A stretch of DNA of 64,000 bases from Candidatus Eiseniibacteriota bacterium (GTDB taxonomy: Bacteria; Eisenbacteria; RBG-16-71-46), in assembly GCA_963776245.1 (NCBI GenBank), contig CAVZLN010000003.1:672001-736000 (forward strand), in the 5' to 3' direction. Positions 59,614-64,000 of this stretch are shown here, one piece after another. The position numbers were made by a program, and so were the translations under genes. Each line of letters begins with the position of its first letter. Position 1 is the first letter of the stretch. The notes beneath the pieces were generated by a model, which saw only the letters and a list, made by a program, of their open reading frames with translations, did no database searches and had not been told where the DNA came from.

Positions 59614-60813
59614 ATGGATCGAGGCTATCGAAGTGGGATGAGGGAGTCGACGGCAGCCGCGGACTCCCCGCCCGTCCGGATCGGCCGTCGCCGGTTCGTC
59701 GTGACTGTCGCCGGGGCCGCCGCCTACGTGGCGCTGCGCCCGCACCTCGCCTGGGCCCGCAAGGTCGCCCGGCCGCGACCCCAGCTCCAGCCGTGGACGC
59801 TTCCCGACGCGCCGCCCGCCGGCCTCGAGCTGGTCCGGGCGCTGATCGGCGCCGCGGTGCTCGCCCCCAGCCAGTGGAACTCCCAGCCGTGGCGGTTCGA
59901 GGTCGAGGGCAACACGGTGCGGCTGGTGGCCGACGCCACCCGCGCGCTGCCGGTCACCGATCCCGCCCGCCGCGGCATGATGGTGTCGCTGGGCGCGGCG
60001 CTCGAGAACCTGCTGATCTCCGCGCGCGCCTACGGCCTGCGCCCCACGGTGGACTACCTGCCCTTCGGGGGCGCGCACGGGGTGGTGGCGCAGGTGGCGT
60101 GGACCGGCGGCGACTCGCCGCGCGACCGCGCGCTGTTCGCCGCCATCCCCCAGCGCCGCACCAACCGGCGCGACTTCGACGGACGCGCGGTGACGCTCAC
60201 CAGCAGCGCGCAGCTCATCGCCCAGGCGCCCGAGGACTTCGCGGTGCACTGGATCGACGACCGGGCCGCGGTGCGCGCGCTCGCCGACCTGGCGTTCGAA
60301 GCCGAGCGCGCGCAGGTGCGCGACCGCCGCGCCGAGGCCGAGCGCTTCGCCTGGATGCGGCTGGACGACGGCGATGCGCGTCGGCGCGCCGATGGCGTGA
60401 CGCTCGACGCGCTCGAACTGGGCGGCCCGGCGCACTGGTTCGCCGGGCGCTACTTCGACCCGCGCAGCCGGTTCCTGCGCCTCGGCGCCGAGAGCGCCGG
60501 CAAACACGCCCGCGAGCAGGTGCGCTCGTCGGGCGGGCTCGCGCTCGTCACCGCCACCCGCCGCGGCGAGTCCGCGTGGCTGATGGGCGGGCAGGTGGTC
60601 GAACGGTTCATGCTCAAGGCCACCGCGCTCGGGCTGGCCCACCAGCCGCTGGAGCCCGCGATCGCGAGCGAGCACACGCGCGGCGAGGTGCTCAAGCGCT
60701 TCGGCGCCACCGGCGAGGAGCCGCTGCTGCTGGTGCGCCTCGGCCACGCCAAGCCGCCGCCGCCTTCGGTCCGCCGCTCGGTCGCGCTGGTCTCGACCTA
60801 CCGGAACACCTAG
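59614..60813 (+). CDS. Acg-type FMN-binding nitroreductase-family protein with a Tat signal
   Basis: GRRRFVV twin-arginine signal; AAVLAPSQWNSQPWRF, SLGAALENL, AIPQRRTNRRDF, LVRLGHA. Confidence 0.82.
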   Translation: MDRGYRSGMRESTAAADSPPVRIGRRRFVVTVAGAAAYVALRPHLAWARKVARPRPQLQPWTLPDAPPAGLELVRALIGAAVLAPSQWNSQPWRFEVEGNTVRLVADATRALPVTDPARRGMMVSLGAALENLLISARAYGLRPTVDYLPFGGAHGVVAQVAWTGGDSPRDRALFAAIPQRRTNRRDFDGRAVTLTSSAQLIAQAPEDFAVHWIDDRAAVRALADLAFEAERAQVRDRRAEAERFAWMRLDDGDARRRADGVTLDALELGGPAHWFAGRYFDPRSRFLRLGAESAGKHAREQVRSSGGLALVTATRRGESAWLMGGQVVERFMLKATALGLAHQPLEPAIASEHTRGEVLKRFGATGEEPLLLVRLGHAKPPPPSVRRSVALVSTYRNT

Positions 60814-62204
60814 GCCGCCCCGCCGCCGCTCACCGTCATCTCGGCGATCAGGAGCGTGGGCGCGGCCACCGCGTCGCGGAACTCGAGATCGTTCCCGACC
60901 GCCACCACGCCGCGCAGCATGTCGAGCGAGTTCGACGCCACCGTCACGCCGTCGACCGGGTAGACCTTGACCCCGTTCTCGATCCAGAAGCCCTGGGCCT
61001 GGAACGAGTAGTCGCCGGTCACGCCGTTGAACCCGTACGAGCCCGCATCGTCCATGTAGAACCCGCGGTCGACCTTCGCGAGGATGGCCTCGGGGCTGTC
61101 GGCGCCGCGCTCGAGGTAGAGGTTCTGCGCCCCGATGCCGGGCACCGACGCGTACCCGCGCACCGCGCTGCCGGTGGGGCGCGTGCCCGCGCGGCGCGCG
61201 TGGTAGACGTCGTACAGGAACATCGCGCAGGTGCCGCGCTCGATGAGCACGTTGCGCCGCGTCGCCACGCCCTCGCCGTCGAACGGCTCGGTGCCCGGCG
61301 CGCCCGCGAGCCGGCCGTCGTCCACCAGCGTCACGAGCGGCGAGGCGATCGCCTGTCCGAGCCGCTCGGTGAGCCAGGACGAGCGCTTGATGACCGCTTC
61401 GCCGCTGAAGGCGTCGTGCATCTCGCCGATCCACGCCGCGGCGATGTCGGGGTGCATCACCACCGGCACCTTCGCCGACGCCACGGTGCGCGCGCCGATG
61501 CGCGCCACCGCGCGCGCGGCCGCCGTGCGGGCCGCGGTCTCGGCGCTGGGCAGCTCGTCGAGGCGGCGCTTGGTCACGCCGTAGTACCCGGTCTGCTGGC
61601 GGCCGTCGCGATCGTCCGCGAGCGGCACCACCCACAGGCTCGCGGAGGTCGCCGCCCACGAGCGCACGATGCCGGTGGACGACACGATCGCCACCGCGCC
61701 GTCGTGGCTGGTCACCCCGGCGCCCTCGGTGCGGCGGATGCGCGGGTCGTGGGCGAGCGCGATGCGCTCGAGCTCCAGCGCCAGCTCGATCTTGCGCTCG
61801 GGCGCGAACTCCAGCACCGCGGGGTCGAACAGTCCCAATTCGCCCGCCGGCGGCCCGTCGGCCTCGGCCGGCGTGGCGAGCGCATTGGCCGGATCGGCGC
61901 TCGAGAACCGCGCCAGCGCCACCGCGCGGTGCGCGAGGTCGCGGAGCGCGTCGGGGGCGAGGTCGTTGGTGGACACGAAGCCCACGCGCTCGTCCACGAT
62001 CACGCGCAGCCCGAGCCCGAGCGTGCCGCTCTGCTTGAGGGTCTCGATGGCGCCGCCGTTCACGCGCACGGTGAAGGAGCGCCCGGTCTCCACGCAGGCC
62101 TCGGCCTCGGTGGCGCCGGCGCGCCGTGCCAGCTCCACCGCTCCGGCGCCGAAGCGCTCGAGGTCCGCGGGCGTGTGCGCCGTCCGCGCGGCGGCCGGGC
62201 TCAC
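60810..62204 (-). CDS. pmbA: TldE/PmbA metalloprotease partner
   Basis: GLGLRVIV, EPFDGEGVATR, NGVTGDYS, GFWIENG, VGNDL, PTLLIAEMTVSG; GTGA overlap with tldD; stop codon shares CTAG with the convergent gene. Confidence 0.88.
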   Translation of the reverse strand: MSPAAARTAHTPADLERFGAGAVELARRAGATEAEACVETGRSFTVRVNGGAIETLKQSGTLGLGLRVIVDERVGFVSTNDLAPDALRDLAHRAVALARFSSADPANALATPAEADGPPAGELGLFDPAVLEFAPERKIELALELERIALAHDPRIRRTEGAGVTSHDGAVAIVSSTGIVRSWAATSASLWVVPLADDRDGRQQTGYYGVTKRRLDELPSAETAARTAAARAVARIGARTVASAKVPVVMHPDIAAAWIGEMHDAFSGEAVIKRSSWLTERLGQAIASPLVTLVDDGRLAGAPGTEPFDGEGVATRRNVLIERGTCAMFLYDVYHARRAGTRPTGSAVRGYASVPGIGAQNLYLERGADSPEAILAKVDRGFYMDDAGSYGFNGVTGDYSFQAQGFWIENGVKVYPVDGVTVASNSLDMLRGVVAVGNDLEFRDAVAAPTLLIAEMTVSGGGAA

Positions 62205-63643
62205 GTCGCGGTCCCTCCGACGGTGATCGCGGAGAACAGCACGGTGGGCTGTCCCACGCCCACCGGCTTCCACTGCCCGTCCTTGCCGCACGAGCCGGTG
62301 GTGCCGTCGATCCTCAGGTCGTTGCCGACCGCGTCGATCTTGAGCATGGCGTCGTTGCCGTTGCCGGTGAGGGTCGCGTTGCGCACCGGGTGCGTGAGCC
62401 GGCCCTCCTCGATCATCACCGCCTCGGTGACCTGGAACGAGAAGTTGCCGTCGGCGGGGTTCACCGACCCGCCGCCGAGGCTCTTGCAGTAGAGCCCGCG
62501 CTTCACCGACGCGATCAGCGCCTGCGGCTCGTGCGGGCCGGGCTCGATGTAGGTGTTGGTCATGCGGCACAGCGGGAAGTCGCGGTACGACGCGCGCCGG
62601 CCGTTGCCGGTCGGCCGCTCGCCGGTGAGCCGCGCGTTGAGCCGGTCCCACAGGTAGCCGGTGAGCACGCCGTCCTCGACCAGCACGGTGCGCTGCGCCG
62701 GCGTGCCCTCGTCGTCGACGCGGAACGAGCCGCGGCTGTTCGGCACCAGTCCCGAGTCCACGATGGTCACGCCCTTCGCGGCCACCTGCTGGCCCCTCTG
62801 GGTGGCGCGGATCGAGGTCTGCCTTGCGGATGGTGTCGCCTTCCATGCCGTGGCCGAAGCACTCGTGCACCATCACGCCGCCCCAGCCCGGCAGACCACC
62901 ACCGGGTACGAGCCGGCCTCGGGCTCGCGCGCGGAGAGCAGCGTCACGGCGATGGTCGCGGCCTCGCGCGCCACGGTCTCCGGGCTGCGCTCCTCGGTGT
63001 AGTAGGCGGCGTCCACGCTGCCGCCCGCGGCCGCGAAGCCGCTCTGGCGGTTGTCGCCCTCGAGCGCCAGCGTCGAGACCACGAGGCGCGAGAGGTAGGT
63101 GCGGTCCTCGGCCCACAGCCCGTCGGTGTTGGCGACCAGGAAGGCCTGGGCGGAGTCGCCGAACCCGACCGAGACCTCGCGGATGCGCCCGTCGAGCGCG
63201 CGCGCGGCATCGTCGGCGCGCCCCAGCAGCTCGATCTTCGCGGGCTCGTCGAGCGCCAGCGGCGCGGGCGCCGCGAGCGTGAACGGCGCCGGCGCGTCCA
63301 CCACGCGGAATGCGCGCGCGGGCCCGCCCGCCGCCCCGCCGCGGGCGATGCGGGCGGCGACCCGCGCGGCCTCGCGCAGATCGGCGGGCGCGAAGCCGTC
63401 GGCGTAGGCGTAGCCCGTCTGCTCGCCGACGATGGCGCGCACGCCGACGCCGTTGGGCACCGACAGGGACGAGGTCTTGACCCGGCCCTCGTCGAACGAG
63501 AAGCCGGTGTGGATGGCGTGCTCGGCGTACACGTCGGCGAACTCGGCGCCCTGGGCGCGGGCCAGCGCGAGCAGCTCGACCACCAGTTCGCGCGGCAGCC
63601 GGGCGGAGAGGTCGGGCGGGACGCGCGAGGGACTCGGACTCAT
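62201..63643 (-). CDS. tldD: TldD metalloprotease carrying two compensating 1-bp frameshifts (about 62890 and 62822)
   Basis: GAEFADVYAE, GVGVRAIVGEQTGYAY; HECFGHGMEGD in the shifted frame; DDEGTP, TGNGRR, RMTNTY, CGKDGQWKPVGVGQPT, ITVGGT. Confidence 0.88.
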
Positions 63644-63742
63644 GGGGATTCCGTCAGGGGAGAGGGACGCGTCGGGCGGGCCGGAACGCAGCGTATCGGA
63701 GGGCGCGCGCGCGCCGCAACCCGCCGCGCCGGGCGCGCGACT

Positions 63743-63771
63743 TTGCCTCACCCGGCGCGCGCCGCTAGACT
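63743..63771 (+). promoter_or_regulatory. Sigma70-like promoter for the HMA gene
   Basis: TTGCCT-N17-TAGACT, 10 nt before ATG 63782. Confidence 0.55.
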
Positions 63772-63781
63772 CGCGGCCCTC

Positions 63782-64000
63782 ATGCGACGCGTGCTCGGGA
63801 ACCGGATCGCCCTCGGGGTGGCCGCGGTGGCGCTGGCCGTGGGCGGGCCGTGGCTGGCGCGCGAGCTCCGCTCCCTGCCCGGCGCGGGCGCGCTCGCCGC
63901 GCGCGCGCACCAGCGCGTCGTCACCCTCGAGGTCGGCGGCATGCACTGCCCGGCGTGCGAGCAGCAGGTCCGCGCGGGCCTTGGCGCGGTGCCGGGCGTG
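63782..64000 (+). CDS. Heavy-metal-associated (HMA) domain protein with an N-terminal hydrophobic segment; truncated by the window end and absent from the ORF track
   Basis: Translates as MRRVLGNRIALGVAAVALAVGGPWLAREL...VVTLEVGGMHCPACEQQVRAGLGAVPGV (GMxCxxC). Confidence 0.8.
   Translation, partial: MRRVLGNRIALGVAAVALAVGGPWLARELRSLPGAGALAARAHQRVVTLEVGGMHCPACEQQVRAGLGAVPGV

Noticed and set aside
62873..62875. Selenocysteine or read-through TGA in tldD
   Set aside because: The TGA lies in the shifted segment; read-through would not restore the HExxxH motif.

Overview
A very GC-rich, gene-dense bacterial chromosomal segment with about 55 genes and no rRNA, tRNA, CRISPR array, transposase or phage genes that I can recognise. 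The organism is a diderm: it has several outer-membrane beta-barrels, DsbD and Tat substrates. Secreted proteins with FlgD/T9SS-like C-terminal domains plus bshB1 suggest an FCB-related lineage such as Candidatus Eisenbacteria (inference only). Most content is housekeeping, envelope or stress-related: pbpG-like peptidase, bshB1, glgP, pabB/pabC, nth, sppA, an Mre11/Rad50-like pair, an ECF sigma/anti-sigma pair, yyaL-dsbD, cysE/cysK, eis-like GNAT, wecA-like and GT2 transferases, tldD/pmbA. The most notable items are: (1) an orphan proline-adenylation/carrier protein/prolyl-carrier dehydrogenase cassette (44.4-48.1 kb) with no PKS/NRPS, placed behind a capsule-type hexapeptide O-acyltransferase, which may be a pyrrolyl/pyrrolinyl glycan-decoration system; (2) an orphan BoxB/PaaA-like diiron protein translationally coupled to a GNAT and followed by a half-size TauE transporter; (3) a 101-bp tandem triplication at the pabB/pabC junction that creates two 34-aa mini-ORFs chained by ATGA overlaps; (4) a Tat-signal GatC/AtzG-like partner upstream of a signal-less amidase; (5) SppA fused to a FadL/PorV-like barrel; (6) many apparently leaderless genes. 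Several single-base indels (cysE, tldD, the 3' end of the first gene) look like long-read consensus errors. All family assignments come from motif recognition by eye; no searches were run.
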